DNA of 64,000 bases from Calditrichales bacterium (GCA_965267575.1 OZ254086.1:2432001-2496000), one strand, 5' to 3'. Positions 10,801 through 19,585 are shown, counted from the stretch's first letter. The notes: a model not told the origin generated them from the letters alone. Numbers and translations: made by a program.

Positions 10801-11810
10801 TGAGCTACAGCACCTTCTGGAAAAAGATGCTTTTTCAGCCGCAGGGCCAGCAGGCCGTGACCCTGGAGCAGGCCGGAAGAGACGGGTTGGTCACACCGGC
10901 CGTTTACTGGTATCAATACAAAGATGACAGGCAGGGCTATGATTGGGCTGCGCTGGATTCTGCGTACAGCATGCCCTGGCGCGGGTTCTGGCTGCAAAGT
11001 ACAACGCCCGGCAGGTTATACTTCACCACAGAGGCCGCTGATCTTTTTGAAATGCGCAAGGCCAACGCCATTGTCGGGCTGGCAAAAGGACAATCCGCGC
11101 AAGGCTGGCGCCTTAATCTGACCCTCGAAAACGATAGCTATATAGACAAGGGCAACGTGATTGGCGAAGGGGGCAGCTTTATGCAACAGCGCATTGAAGA
11201 GCCGCCGCACTTTGGCAGCTACTGCGCTCTTAGCATAACATCAAACGGCAAAAACTGGACCCAGGATATCCGCGAACAGAGCGGCGATGTGCACAAGTGG
11301 GCGCTGCGGGTAAGCTCCCAGGAAGCATCGCGGGAACATCTTATCTACTGGAATCACCGCGTGCTTGAAGAACAGGGTGTTTTTCTTTTCCTTGTTGATC
11401 CGCGCAACGGAACGGCCATAGAGATGAACAGCGAGAGCAGCTACCGCTTTACGCCATCCCGCGAGACAGTGGCATTTGAAATTTACGCGTCCTACGATCC
11501 TGCCTTTGAACCGGTGATCGTTCCCGAAACATTGCGCCTGGAGCAGAACTATCCCAATCCTTTCAATCCGGCCACAACGATTCGTTTTGCCGTACCGGGC
11601 AGTGACGCGCAGAATGTGCGCCTGGAAGTATTCAATACCTTGGGCCAGCAGGTGGCTGTTTTAACTGACAAAAAATACAAGCCCGGCTATCATGACCTGC
11701 AATGGAAGGGTGTTGACCACAGTGGCCGACCATTGCCGGCCGGCGTTTATTTCTACCGCTTAAAGGCCGCTGGCAACCAGCTTGTGCGCAAGATGGTGCT
11801 GTTGAAATAA
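4854..11810 (+). CDS. Giant secreted multidomain protein (BNR/Ycf48-like propeller, FG-GAP repeats, FN3, beta-helix, Ig-like repeats, T9SS/FlgD-type C-terminal domain)
   Basis: Signal peptide; S/TxDGGxxW repeats; DxDxDGxxD repeats; SPTIDAGDP; C-terminal QNYPNPFNP...GVYFYRL...KMVLLK. Confidence 0.85.
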   Translation: MLRQTFRFALPVFLAAAQLLWAGRWHEVYNDQNSGIINAVAATDYDFNKMYAVGDDGRFWQTFDGGHWWEERGTPTSEHLHDVVTFFGETDDVVIAVGDNGTLLHSADGGHFWTPLSAPAAVDYFCVEFDFYNGLIWIGGENGALYYSDDEGQSWQSVTLGLAYDVVDLASSNDGLFVAGVMGDTSYVQHVLPFVQTPLPLLPGDTLADTRIEAITRLDSMIFIGANATDGSDVQILSRLFDGSSLGLPQLLAAPQSSDLTDLTGLNYWKSDGQGSVLVQRLWYATDEGQILESADGAISWQKVYEDPQKRSLYSIVANASSTLEQGQAVAAGEDFFTLRRSFELLHIHPYKNDQVHYPLSGLEVQFSAVPVLADVNSNIVVESSVRGRLAFDAVYDFDDSTRVFLDVPDQGFGRHIPGETWRVSVAPSIKELTPDPFPAGIEAFTYEVTFVPQNAGAMAFEISAVQELSAGSVSAATVGFFDDDDRPEIAAWHGDRLALYTFNKDGSVKDTYEQNFSFSLSVDNSIEQQLLSSDVNLDGRNDILLFDNNEAQLLINQSDGGYAFSEGMNFNSANIRQMAFLQADDDPRPDLLVLNDTLYLRMNIDAGNSGTHTVVVETQTDVTRFKIGDVDVNGWPDIVAITSDGDLRYYPHFGYGSFNMPTSHFQGVSYRDILLADLDRDHQLEVLALRDNDLDIYRTDFTNGPDLMLDPVSPVGPGAGTLIDAFAVQEFGGYRDDFSGEPFMDVMLFTEDRRLTVLENIGGHGALAFKEVSGDSLNLPYKAWRVTSADNDGDGFLDIFVHNMQNDSITLIVNSTYTPAITTLETNETGVRVGWQSFPADLGSFEFYRLYRDSTGPEMHNPEIIEFNAVDDTTFLDRGTRPFRAYWYAVEAIFDAGQVTERSLVRQIDLIRKLGGELSGTLSDTVNGMWVDSALVVPPGQTLRIEEGVRFSFAPGAFLQVDGSLVGRGSERKMVGFWRNHDDFGYWKGIIAGATADSVSLHWFSLEGAETAIASEGASVSLTLGGIEDNLSGLHLNNAALTMKNVNFDSNATAISLAGTSVANIKNINILRSLSSGLEAGTGTTVNLSNSILWANPVSVSSAAGSNVSVRYSTVDSINGPADVFSVSKLPPLFNDADTAYFQPLLMSPTIDAGDPADNYSMEPLPNGKRVNQGLYGGTFFATPTFQPKLTILQDSLSFSAPLGGADTLNLRLRNTGNVPLQLNSVTVADPAAFRVSAPGTTVGAGESSIIRIIFRASERAVYHDKLVINSSDPHAPVKTIDLRGDVTNRLPYFVTNPATQARVGQFYSQPLEARDDDGDELSITILQSPQWLGLNADALEGTPALGDTGTHAVSVQAQDVLGGTGRLDFDVHVTFINGAPQWSVSDTLLVNEDESAVFDLAEFVSDDDTAPDLLRFEVTAVSDSQNIKYALDKSALSISPAADYFSEETDWLRVSATDAGGLNSVGQLFLVVTPQNDAPRFTALRDTVLYTHLEYRRTWPVSEVDGDLLTFADNTSLFNINDAGQIAFTPTLQDTGAHEVVLSASDGFFTVSDTVIFSIMPNVVPAPETLFLSARDRAIDLSFRVHPSEFYSGTIVVISGEAAVNAPDQGLLTLDTVFAVADSAVNANVAIDDLGINRRYYVSVFNYYDENGVIYSRPIQGQIQTPAPRLVLPERSSRFVLPVNKTQTAAIKVKNDGGGTLQGKWIYTPDSLTQVWFHADTAGRAIAPGDSAEFEINLHPNKYMPRGNRQVTLAFVSNDPLQQGGATFSVVLEPIFDDFAPRVVWQSLPDSILRQSALVAHYALDDTSGRPIGDPPAALQSAWRLQKLDGDIVAATDSSSDLAARVYPLEDGVYRLTVWGFDSEGNGVDASSASHFAFRVQASAIVLPAKRWLLVGLPRPHEGTWQQFSDSTRRLYKWDNAEERYLTDSEFASSTAVDGQAVWMISERPVPVDMSGHRQPGAQDTLAVDIVTGWNQVAVPVSYSTFWKKMLFQPQGQQAVTLEQAGRDGLVTPAVYWYQYKDDRQGYDWAALDSAYSMPWRGFWLQSTTPGRLYFTTEAADLFEMRKANAIVGLAKGQSAQGWRLNLTLENDSYIDKGNVIGEGGSFMQQRIEEPPHFGSYCALSITSNGKNWTQDIREQSGDVHKWALRVSSQEASREHLIYWNHRVLEEQGVFLFLVDPRNGTAIEMNSESSYRFTPSRETVAFEIYASYDPAFEPVIVPETLRLEQNYPNPFNPATTIRFAVPGSDAQNVRLEVFNTLGQQVAVLTDKKYKPGYHDLQWKGVDHSGRPLPAGVYFYRLKAAGNQLVRKMVLLK

Positions 11811-11851
11811 GGAAATATTTCCTAAACGTAATAGTCAGAAGCAAGAAATAG

Positions 11852-11888
11852 AATCCCTGTCGTCTAACCATGGTCGGCAGGGATTTTT
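11852..11888. terminator. Probable intrinsic terminator between convergent genes
   Basis: AATCCCTGTCG...CGGCAGGGATT stem followed by a T-run. Confidence 0.6.
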
Positions 11889-11903
11889 ATATAAAATCAG
11901 AGT

Positions 11904-12635
11904 TTAGCGGAGAGTACGCAGTACTTTTATAGCGTTTTTGTTTTTTGGGTTAAGTTGCAGTGATTTATTGTAGTGCACCCGCGCGTTGCTGCTGTCTCCG
12001 CTTGCCAGGTAAGCTTCGCCCAGGCTGTCATGCACATTTGCCGATTGCGGATAAAACTTGGCATTCAGCTTAAATACAGCCAGGGCATCGCCGACGCTTT
12101 GCTCCATAACGCGGTAGCCAAAATAATTCAATGAGCCTTCACCGAAATCAAAAGTAAAACCGCCATAATAGCGTTTCCTGAGTTCGCCATATTTATCCAG
12201 CGCCGCTTCAAGTCCCTGCTCTTCATAGCTTTCCAGCAACACCAGGTAAAGATGCTTTGGCTCTTTGTAGCCGCGGTGGCAGGTCATACAGGCAACACCT
12301 GTTGCTTGCGGGTCGTGCCGCCTTACTTCTCCGATAAATCTATCGTTGATCAGCCGTGTCATTTTAATCATTTCGCGGGCAATTTTCTTTTGCGGCTTGG
12401 CATCCGAAGCAAAATCTATCTGTTCAAGTTTTTTGCCTTTACTGTCGTCGTGGCAATGGTTGCAGCGTACACCAAGCGATGTGCTGAACGCGATCATCTC
12501 TCTCTTCAGATCATCTGCACTGATGGAATCGCTGAAAACCTGCAGGTTCTTGCGTTCCATATCCCACGAAAATTGGGCCTGGAGAGGGGAGATCAAGTTT
12601 ACCGCCAGACCACACATTACAATGATTTTCAACAT
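11904..12635 (-). CDS. Exported diheme c-type cytochrome with C-terminal TPR (photosynthetic RC cytochrome c-like family)
   Basis: CNHCH and CMTCH heme motifs; NLQVF motif; TPR (NVHDSLGEAY). Start moved to ATG 12635, which has a GGAGG RBS and a following signal peptide. Confidence 0.8.
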   Translation of the reverse strand: MLKIIVMCGLAVNLISPLQAQFSWDMERKNLQVFSDSISADDLKREMIAFSTSLGVRCNHCHDDSKGKKLEQIDFASDAKPQKKIAREMIKMTRLINDRFIGEVRRHDPQATGVACMTCHRGYKEPKHLYLVLLESYEEQGLEAALDKYGELRKRYYGGFTFDFGEGSLNYFGYRVMEQSVGDALAVFKLNAKFYPQSANVHDSLGEAYLASGDSSNARVHYNKSLQLNPKNKNAIKVLRTLR

Positions 12636-12645
12636 CGGTCCTCCT

Positions 12646-14421
12646 TTATTTTGTAAGCACCATTTTTTTGCTGAAAGTAAGGCCATCTGCGCTAACCCTG
12701 TAAAAGTAGATGCCACTGGGCAGATTAACCGCGTTAAAAACAAAACGATGGGTTCCGGCGCTCTTAAATCCATCAAACAATGTCGCTACCTTTTGCCCGT
12801 TCAGGTTAAATACGTCAAGCTGCAGCTTAATATGTTTGCCCGCGCTTTCCGGAATTGTAAGCTCAATTGTTGTGGAGGGGTTAAAGGGGTTAGGCCAGTT
12901 TTGCCGTAATGAAAAGCCCTGTGGCAATACCGTTTTACTTTGCTCAATCGAGGTGACGGCTCTCGTTAACAGACCACCTTCTTCCAGGATGTAAAAGTCA
13001 TTTGCTTCAACAGCCGTAAACGTCTGTTTTAAACCGGAAGGCCATTCAACTATGATGCTGTCAATCTGGGTGGCGGCTCCAAGCCCGAAGTGGACGCGGT
13101 TGTCATTCTGGCTGTTGTAGCCATGCTGGGCGTTTATCTCCCGCATCTGCCATACAGGCCGGTCGTTAATGGCTGCCTTCAAACGAATCTTTGTTCCAAT
13201 GGCTGAGGCGTTTGATTGCCTGCCGTAATGCTTTATCTGGATCCAGTTATTTCCTATAGTTTCATTGCGGTAAAGCGTGTTATTGTTGCCACCGCGGTTG
13301 GCTACAAAAAGATCCAGGTCCCCATCGTTGTCGTAGTCGGCCCAGGCCGAAGCCATGGAATTTTCAACGTCGTTAACGATCGCGCCATCCGATAGCTTAT
13401 TGAATGCATAATCCGGATAGCCGCTGTTTTCATAAAGAAAATTCTTGTTGTCGCTCCAATTACTTACAAACAAATCCAGGTCGCCGTCGTTGTCAAAATC
13501 GATAAAGCTGCCCGAGATTGACATGCTGTTTTCGTTGACGACCTCCCCGGAGCGAATGGGCGTTAGCGAGCCATCGCCGTTGTTTACATAGAGATCGTTT
13601 ACAAAATTAGCCTGGTTAGCCACAAAAAGGTCCTGCCGGCCATCGTTGTTAAAATCTCCCCACGTTGCGCCCATCGAGGCGCGTTTGTCTGTCGTAATTG
13701 CGCCACTGTCCAGCTTACTAAACGAGCCGTCGCCCCGGTTTATGTAAAACAGGTTTGTTTTTCCAGCCGAACCGGCATTTGTGACCATAAGATCGCTGTC
13801 ACCATCGTTATCAAAATCGGACCAGGCACAGCCTATTGATGTATTGGTTTCTTTCGTAGGGTGGCCTTCGTTCATTTTACTAAACGTGCCCACGTTGTTG
13901 GAGTAGAGGAATGACGGAGCAAAAAAATTGGTCACGAAAAGGTCGATATAACCGTTGTTATCGAAGTCCGTCCAGCCTGCCGAATTGGAATTGCCACCAT
14001 CAGTAACAATAGCGTTATCGGCTATTTGCTGAAACTGAAAATTCCCATGGTTCAGGTACAAAAAATTGTTTTGATTGTCGCGGTTGGCTACGGCAATATC
14101 ATCCAGACCATCGTTATTGTAATCCGCGATCGTCGCGCCATTGGATCTGCTGTTGCCGTTGACGATCTGGCCCTCCTGCAAAGCGCTGAAGGTTCCGTCA
14201 CCATTATTCATGTACAGGAAATTATCGGCGTTTTTGCCGGAAGCGCCGCCATTGGATATAAACAAATCGCTGAAGCCGTCATTGTTAAGGTCGGCCCAGG
14301 CTACCCCAAACGATTCGCCGCCATCTGTAACATGCGGACCTTCTGCTATTTTGGTGAAGCTTTGCGCGTTCAGAAATCCTATCTGGGAAAAGAACAATAT
14401 TAAATGACAGAGCCGCTTCAT
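12646..14421 (-). CDS. FG-GAP repeat / ASPIC-UnbV (CRTAC1-like) secreted protein with T9SS-type C-terminal domain
   Basis: Repeated WxDxDNDGxxDL motifs; HFGLG...IDSIIVEWPSG; QNWPNPFNP. Confidence 0.9.
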   Translation of the reverse strand: MKRLCHLILFFSQIGFLNAQSFTKIAEGPHVTDGGESFGVAWADLNNDGFSDLFISNGGASGKNADNFLYMNNGDGTFSALQEGQIVNGNSRSNGATIADYNNDGLDDIAVANRDNQNNFLYLNHGNFQFQQIADNAIVTDGGNSNSAGWTDFDNNGYIDLFVTNFFAPSFLYSNNVGTFSKMNEGHPTKETNTSIGCAWSDFDNDGDSDLMVTNAGSAGKTNLFYINRGDGSFSKLDSGAITTDKRASMGATWGDFNNDGRQDLFVANQANFVNDLYVNNGDGSLTPIRSGEVVNENSMSISGSFIDFDNDGDLDLFVSNWSDNKNFLYENSGYPDYAFNKLSDGAIVNDVENSMASAWADYDNDGDLDLFVANRGGNNNTLYRNETIGNNWIQIKHYGRQSNASAIGTKIRLKAAINDRPVWQMREINAQHGYNSQNDNRVHFGLGAATQIDSIIVEWPSGLKQTFTAVEANDFYILEEGGLLTRAVTSIEQSKTVLPQGFSLRQNWPNPFNPSTTIELTIPESAGKHIKLQLDVFNLNGQKVATLFDGFKSAGTHRFVFNAVNLPSGIYFYRVSADGLTFSKKMVLTK

Positions 14422-14443
14422 AATATCCTCCTTTGTTTAAACG

Positions 14444-14511
14444 AGGATATGATCGAAGGTGGTACGCTCAAACGCGCAAGTGACAGACGCGCCGGTTAAT
14501 GTTATGGACGG
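14444..14511 (-). promoter_or_regulatory. Putative LytTR operator (two 11-bp boxes at 21-bp period) plus -10 element
   Basis: Minus strand: CCGTCCATAAC-N10-GCGTCTGTCAC-N30-TATCCT. Same geometry as the site at 16408-16475. Confidence 0.6.
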
Positions 14512-14529
14512 AAAAAAAGGTGGGATAAT

Positions 14530-15297
14530 CTACCTGATAAGCCGGTTCAGATTGTCACGATAACTTTTACCGCTTACAACTTCAGCACCGGATTTAAGAA
14601 TGATTTTATAACTGCCGCTGAACCAGTTTACGATTTCTTTTATGCTTTTTATTCTGACAATAGCCGAGCGCTGAACCCGAATAAATTCGGCGGGGTCAAG
14701 TTTCTGCTCCAGGTTTTTTATTGTCTCGCGGATCAACTCTTCCCGGGCACCAACGTGCAGCTTTATGTAATTGCCTTCAGCTTCAAACCAGTCCACTTCC
14801 TGCGCTTCCACAAAGCTGATACGTCCGGCATTTTTTATCACAAAACGTTGTACATAATCGGGCTTTTCGTTGCTGCTTAAATGTTGCACGAGGGAAAGAA
14901 TATTCTCGTTAAGCTTTTCGGATGTGCGGGTGAGCAGGCGCTCTTTGGATTTTTTCAGAGCAGTAAAAAAGCGCTCTTTGTCATAGGGCTTCAGCAGATA
15001 GTCCAGGGCGTTTACTTCGAAAGCCTTAAGCGCGAAAGAATCGTAAGCTGTAACAAAGATAACCTCGGGGATTTCATGCTGTGCCAGTTTGGCCAGAACT
15101 TCAAAACCATTTAGTCCCGGCATCTGGATATCCAGGAACACAAGATCCGGCTTCCGTTCAAGAATAGAACGCAGGGCCTCCGTGCCATTGTCGCTTTCTC
15201 CCACTACTGTAATGTCAGCATCATTGCGCAAAAGCTCGCGTATTCTCTCCCGTGCCAGCGGTTCATCATCAATTATCAAAACCCGAATTTTGTTCAT
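14530..15297 (-). CDS. LytTR-family response regulator
   Basis: Receiver domain (IIDDE, FLDIQMP, FVTAY, DYLLKP) plus LytTR domain (AEGNY, FIRVQRS). Confidence 0.95.
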   Translation of the reverse strand: MNKIRVLIIDDEPLARERIRELLRNDADITVVGESDNGTEALRSILERKPDLVFLDIQMPGLNGFEVLAKLAQHEIPEVIFVTAYDSFALKAFEVNALDYLLKPYDKERFFTALKKSKERLLTRTSEKLNENILSLVQHLSSNEKPDYVQRFVIKNAGRISFVEAQEVDWFEAEGNYIKLHVGAREELIRETIKNLEQKLDPAEFIRVQRSAIVRIKSIKEIVNWFSGSYKIILKSGAEVVSGKSYRDNLNRLIR

Positions 15298-16382
15298 GGT
15301 TCTTTTGGGATTTTTAGGGTTACGGTCAAACCTTTGTCGTTGTTGTTTTTTATCAGGAATTCAAAATTATCACCAAAAAAATATTTAAGGCGGTCACGTG
15401 TGTTGCTCAACCCAATTCCCTGCTTGAAGTTCTTTTTAATGCCCGGCCCCGTATCTTTTACTGCCAGATGAATATGTTGATTATGTTGTTGCGCCGCAAT
15501 TTGAATGGACTGCTTTTGTGTTTCTGCTTCCACGCCGTATTTAACCGCGTTTTCAACGATGGGCTGTAAAATAAACGCCGGCAGCATTGTATCCAGCAGC
15601 GTCTTGTCCACGTTAAACTCAACGTCTATTTTTCCCTCGTAACGGATTTTTTGTATCTCCAGATATTTTTCTAAAAACTCCAGTTCGTCTTTTAGTGTCA
15701 CACTTTTCTTGCCCAATCCATCCAGTGAGATACGCAGCAGGTCACTTAGCCTTGCCAGCACTTTTTCCGCCAGGTTTACATCGCGGTGCATTAGCGTTGT
15801 AACGGCGTTTAAGGTGTTAAACAAAAAGTGCGGCTGAAGCTGCGACTTGAGCAGTTCAACCCGGGCTTCGGCCAACTTTGTTTCCAATTGCGATTTTAGC
15901 AGCTCGCTTTCCCGGTGTCTCCTGTAATAAATGATACTGACAATAACAGATACGATCAGTCCATAGACAAAAAGACTATCGAAGCTGCCGCCCAAAATAG
16001 CAAACCTGGCCGATTGCAAAGCTTCCAAAATACCGCGGTCCAGTTCACCGTCCAGGTCGCGGATTACAAACGTGACAAAAATAGAAAGAGCGCGATGAAC
16101 AAGGGAAATGCCAATTCCGCTAAATAACAATATCCTTATGTTTTTGGCCAAATGCTTCTTTGACAAAGTAAGCCCATTTACGATCCTGTAAACAATGGGC
16201 GTAAAAAATGCCCATAACATGTAATTGGACACGCGATACGTAAGATTTCCGTACCAGTTAAAAGGCTGGTCGTTGCTGGCGCTGTAGATGTACTGTGGTA
16301 TCACGAAGAAAAACCCCAGAAGCGTCCACGCGGCGAGCAGGTAAAAAAAATAATATCGTTTATGAAAAGCTTTATTTGTCAA
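15294..16382 (-). CDS. LytS/YehU-family membrane sensor histidine kinase
   Basis: SQLQPHFLFNTLN, LQPIVENAVKYG, DTGPG and GIGLSN motifs; N-terminal TM helices. Start placed at TTG 16382 because the track's ATG at 16436 lies upstream of the inferred -10 box. Confidence 0.9.
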   Translation of the reverse strand: MTNKAFHKRYYFFYLLAAWTLLGFFFVIPQYIYSASNDQPFNWYGNLTYRVSNYMLWAFFTPIVYRIVNGLTLSKKHLAKNIRILLFSGIGISLVHRALSIFVTFVIRDLDGELDRGILEALQSARFAILGGSFDSLFVYGLIVSVIVSIIYYRRHRESELLKSQLETKLAEARVELLKSQLQPHFLFNTLNAVTTLMHRDVNLAEKVLARLSDLLRISLDGLGKKSVTLKDELEFLEKYLEIQKIRYEGKIDVEFNVDKTLLDTMLPAFILQPIVENAVKYGVEAETQKQSIQIAAQQHNQHIHLAVKDTGPGIKKNFKQGIGLSNTRDRLKYFFGDNFEFLIKNNNDKGLTVTLKIPKEP

Positions 16383-16407
16383 TTCGATGTCCCGGATAAT
16401 ATTGGCA

Positions 16408-16475
16408 ATTATATAAAACTGCGTTGCCAAATGCATGTCCGGAGTGACAAAACCACGTTTTATTGGGACAAACGC
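16408..16475 (-). promoter_or_regulatory. Putative LytTR operator (autoregulation) plus -10 element
   Basis: Minus strand: GCGTTTGTCCC-N10-GGTTTTGTCAC-N30-TATAAT. Confidence 0.6.
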
Positions 16476-16591
16476 TTAATTGCTTTAGGGTTTTTCGTCT
16501 CAATTAATTTTGGTTTTTGTTGCTAAATATAGCATCTTTCGTTCGTTATACCCCGCTATGAATTATTGATATTTCAATCCTGGGGACAGCC

Positions 16592-19123
16592 ATGGGAAAA
16601 AAGGCACTTCTGCTTATCCTTTTATTTTTTCTTCCCGCATCTCTTCTTTCACAAATCCGGCACGTGGAATCATTTGAGAACACGGCTAATGATACACATT
16701 ATTGGCAATTACGGACCTCGCCTAACGCCGCGGACAGTCTCGGTTTTATCGCCCTGAAGGACGATTCCATGCACTTTATGGAGGGCAATGCCTCTTTGCG
16801 GATGGACTGGAGCGTTGATAACTGCGAGATATGGGGCGGGCTTTCAAGAATTGAACACTGGCTGCCGGGTGACAGCTTGTTTGATATTGCCTTTTATGAC
16901 ACGCTTTCCCTCTGGTATTATGTCGACCAGCCGGCCTCCGCGCCTGGCGCCGTTGAGCTGCGCCTGCTTTTGTTTGATGTAAGTGACAGCGAGAAAGGAA
17001 ACATAAGCGATTGTTCGGATTCCGTGGAAGTGTATTACTCTTTTCATTATATCCTGGATCAGGCACCCGGTTGGCAGCGCCTGCTGATTCCGCTGAAGCA
17101 GAGTATGTCACTCGGTGAGCAGGGATTCAATTTAACGCAATGGAGCGGAATCTCCGGTAATGAGGTGTTGGACCTGGATAAGATAAAGGGCTATGCGTTT
17201 GAGTTTGCTATCAGCCAGGATACTGACAGTTACAAGGTTGATGGCACTTTGCATATGGATGCCATGTCTGTTTTTACGACGCGCGACCGCCACGACTTTA
17301 TTTTTAACGGAATCGCTTATCCGGCCAACATAACTGCTTCATATATCGGACAGGACGGCGGTATAGAGATTTCTGAAGAAGAATCCTACTCGGCTTCCAA
17401 AAGTATCAAATGGACAACCTCCGCCAATGAACTATTTACCGGTCCTGTTTTCACTTTCGAGCAACCGCTTGATTACAGTCTGCATTGGCAAAAGGCGCCG
17501 CTCAGTTTCAAGTTGCGCATGGGCGAAGCGCGCGGCGATATAAAGATCGTTATCAGCGATGATGACAGCGATGGCGACGGACCCGATCAGTCTTTTTACG
17601 CGGAAGATGTTATTGAGAGCATGTGGATGAATTACAATGGATTCTGGGATGCCTTCCGGATGCCGCTGCAGAATTTTGATCGTTTTGCCGGCGCGGCGCC
17701 AATGGACTCCTCGCGGCTTTGGCAGGTCAGGTTTCTTATTACGGACAGCGCCAGCCTGGGCAAAACAATCTACATGGATGACATCTTGTTAGGTGAACCC
17801 TTTGATTCCGGCAGGCCAGAGCAGCCCGTTTTCACGGCATTTCCCGATGATGAAGCCTACTGTAATGTTATCTCCTGGGAAGATCTATCTGTAGAAACAA
17901 ATGAATCCTACACCATTTATTACAGCGAAGCACCCATCACGCCGCAAAACTTTCACAGTGATGACGTTGAAGTGGCTGCGGCCGGCATCCCTGCGGACGT
18001 ACAGTTTTTCCGCCACCGGCTTATCGCACCCCTGAACGACCGCGAGTTGAACTATTACTACGCCGTAACCTGCGTTGATATTAGGGGAAACGAGAGCTTG
18101 CCTGTTGACGATTGTCTTGTTGTAAACCAGGGCAGGGGCTGGGCGGTTATTTCCTATCTGCCGGCATTTCCGTTCAGCGCAGATGGGAATCTGGCGGAGT
18201 GGACCGACCAGAAGCCGTTCATCATGAAACCGTCGGATGGCAGCGGGACGATTGTTGATGGTACGACCATCGACGGAGACGCTGACCTTTCCGCGCGGAT
18301 ATGGCTGGCCTGTGATGCCGAAGCACTTTACGTGGCCTTTGAAATAGAGGACGATACGCTGATTTGCGGCATGCCCGAACGCGACCTGTGGGATAATGAT
18401 TCGCCGGAACTCTTCATCGGGCTATACAATGCCCATAACCTGCCGCATGAAGAACAGCAAGGAGGCAGCGAGCCGGACTATCAATTCAACTTTGGCACGG
18501 CAGGCGTTTTTCATCATGTGTCCGGGCTCTTTGTTGTCGATTCTTCCTTTGCTGATTACCGTTTTGCCGCAGGCAACGGGCAATACAGGGTTGAAGCACG
18601 GCTTCCCTTTGAGCGGATTGCCGCTTTGCGTCCCGATTCACTCTTCGTGCCGCAGCCCGGACAACGCATCCCGCTGGATGTTTCGATAAATGACATCGAT
18701 TCAGGAAATAAGCGCGACGGTATTTTAACACTATCGCCGGATAACCAGGATATGTCCTGGCGCGATGTGAGCCGCTGGAGCCACACCTGGGTTTGGGATG
18801 AGGCAAACGCCCTGCATGAGCCTTTGAATATGCTGCCATCGGAACTTGAATTGCTTCCCAACTTCCCCAATCCGTTCAATGCTGAAACCACTTTAAGATT
18901 TACGGTTTCTTCCGGCAAAAGAAGGGCCGTGCGAATTACCGTCTATAACATCACGGGCCAGCAGATTACAGTGCTCGCGGACGATCTGTTTGAGCCCGGC
19001 GCGCACCGGATTAGTTGGGATGGCAGCGATCATAACGGACAGCCTTTACCGGCCGGTGTCTATTTCTACCTTTTGGAGTCTGGCGCTACGCGGCTTGCCG
19101 GCAAAATGGTTCTTCTCAAATAG
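16592..19123 (+). CDS. Secreted carbohydrate-binding-domain protein (CBM9/DOMON-like plus galactose-binding-like modules) with T9SS-type C-terminal domain
   Basis: Signal peptide; DGNLAEW...LYVAFEIEDD...DSPELF...YRVEARLPF...DVSINDID (CBM9-like); NFPNPFN. Confidence 0.75.
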   Translation: MGKKALLLILLFFLPASLLSQIRHVESFENTANDTHYWQLRTSPNAADSLGFIALKDDSMHFMEGNASLRMDWSVDNCEIWGGLSRIEHWLPGDSLFDIAFYDTLSLWYYVDQPASAPGAVELRLLLFDVSDSEKGNISDCSDSVEVYYSFHYILDQAPGWQRLLIPLKQSMSLGEQGFNLTQWSGISGNEVLDLDKIKGYAFEFAISQDTDSYKVDGTLHMDAMSVFTTRDRHDFIFNGIAYPANITASYIGQDGGIEISEEESYSASKSIKWTTSANELFTGPVFTFEQPLDYSLHWQKAPLSFKLRMGEARGDIKIVISDDDSDGDGPDQSFYAEDVIESMWMNYNGFWDAFRMPLQNFDRFAGAAPMDSSRLWQVRFLITDSASLGKTIYMDDILLGEPFDSGRPEQPVFTAFPDDEAYCNVISWEDLSVETNESYTIYYSEAPITPQNFHSDDVEVAAAGIPADVQFFRHRLIAPLNDRELNYYYAVTCVDIRGNESLPVDDCLVVNQGRGWAVISYLPAFPFSADGNLAEWTDQKPFIMKPSDGSGTIVDGTTIDGDADLSARIWLACDAEALYVAFEIEDDTLICGMPERDLWDNDSPELFIGLYNAHNLPHEEQQGGSEPDYQFNFGTAGVFHHVSGLFVVDSSFADYRFAAGNGQYRVEARLPFERIAALRPDSLFVPQPGQRIPLDVSINDIDSGNKRDGILTLSPDNQDMSWRDVSRWSHTWVWDEANALHEPLNMLPSELELLPNFPNPFNAETTLRFTVSSGKRRAVRITVYNITGQQITVLADDLFEPGAHRISWDGSDHNGQPLPAGVYFYLLESGATRLAGKMVLLK

Positions 19124-19163
19124 CGGATTCTTTTATAGACCGAAGCTATACAAAAATAAACAT

Positions 19164-19189
19164 AAAAGGGCTCCCTTTCGAGGAGCCCT
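19164..19189 (-). terminator. Intrinsic terminator
   Basis: AGGGCTCC-N7-GGAGCCCT stem with an adjoining A-run (U-tail on the minus strand), between convergent genes. Confidence 0.6.
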
Positions 19190-19204
19190 GATTCGGTAGG
19201 CGGA

Positions 19205-19558
19205 TTACTGCTGTTCTTCGCCTTTCTCCGTTTTTCTGGCGACGGCATAAACAAGTAACAGTCCAATGCCGGGCAGTAAAAAGATCAGACCGGCGATCGT
19301 TTCATCCTGGACGGATGGATCTACATAAGCGCCAATCAGAATGGCCAGACCTACACCAATCAAAACCGCACCAATTTTCAACGTGAGCATGCCGGCCCCC
19401 TCTTTTTTGCGCGAAGGCAAAAGGAAGGCTAGCTGGTCATCGCTTACGCCTTTTTCGATAATGGCCATACGCTCGGTGTGGCGGTTTTTAATGAAGTGGT
19501 ACAGGATTACAGCAGTTGCTACAAATAACGTAATCGGAATCAAAATCTCTTCTTGCAT
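19205..19558 (-). CDS. Small membrane protein (DUF6249-like), divergent from ECF sigma
   Basis: RHTERMAIIEKG motif and three TM segments; GGAGG RBS before ATG 19558. Confidence 0.75.
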   Translation of the reverse strand: MQEEILIPITLFVATAVILYHFIKNRHTERMAIIEKGVSDDQLAFLLPSRKKEGAGMLTLKIGAVLIGVGLAILIGAYVDPSVQDETIAGLIFLLPGIGLLLVYAVARKTEKGEEQQ

Positions 19559-19585
19559 TGTTACCTCCGGGTTTGTTTTGATCAA

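Noticed and set aside
11904..12635. Evidence of photosynthesis from the reaction-centre-type cytochrome
   Set aside because: Only two heme motifs plus a TPR, with no puf/psc/bch genes. This family is common in non-phototrophs.
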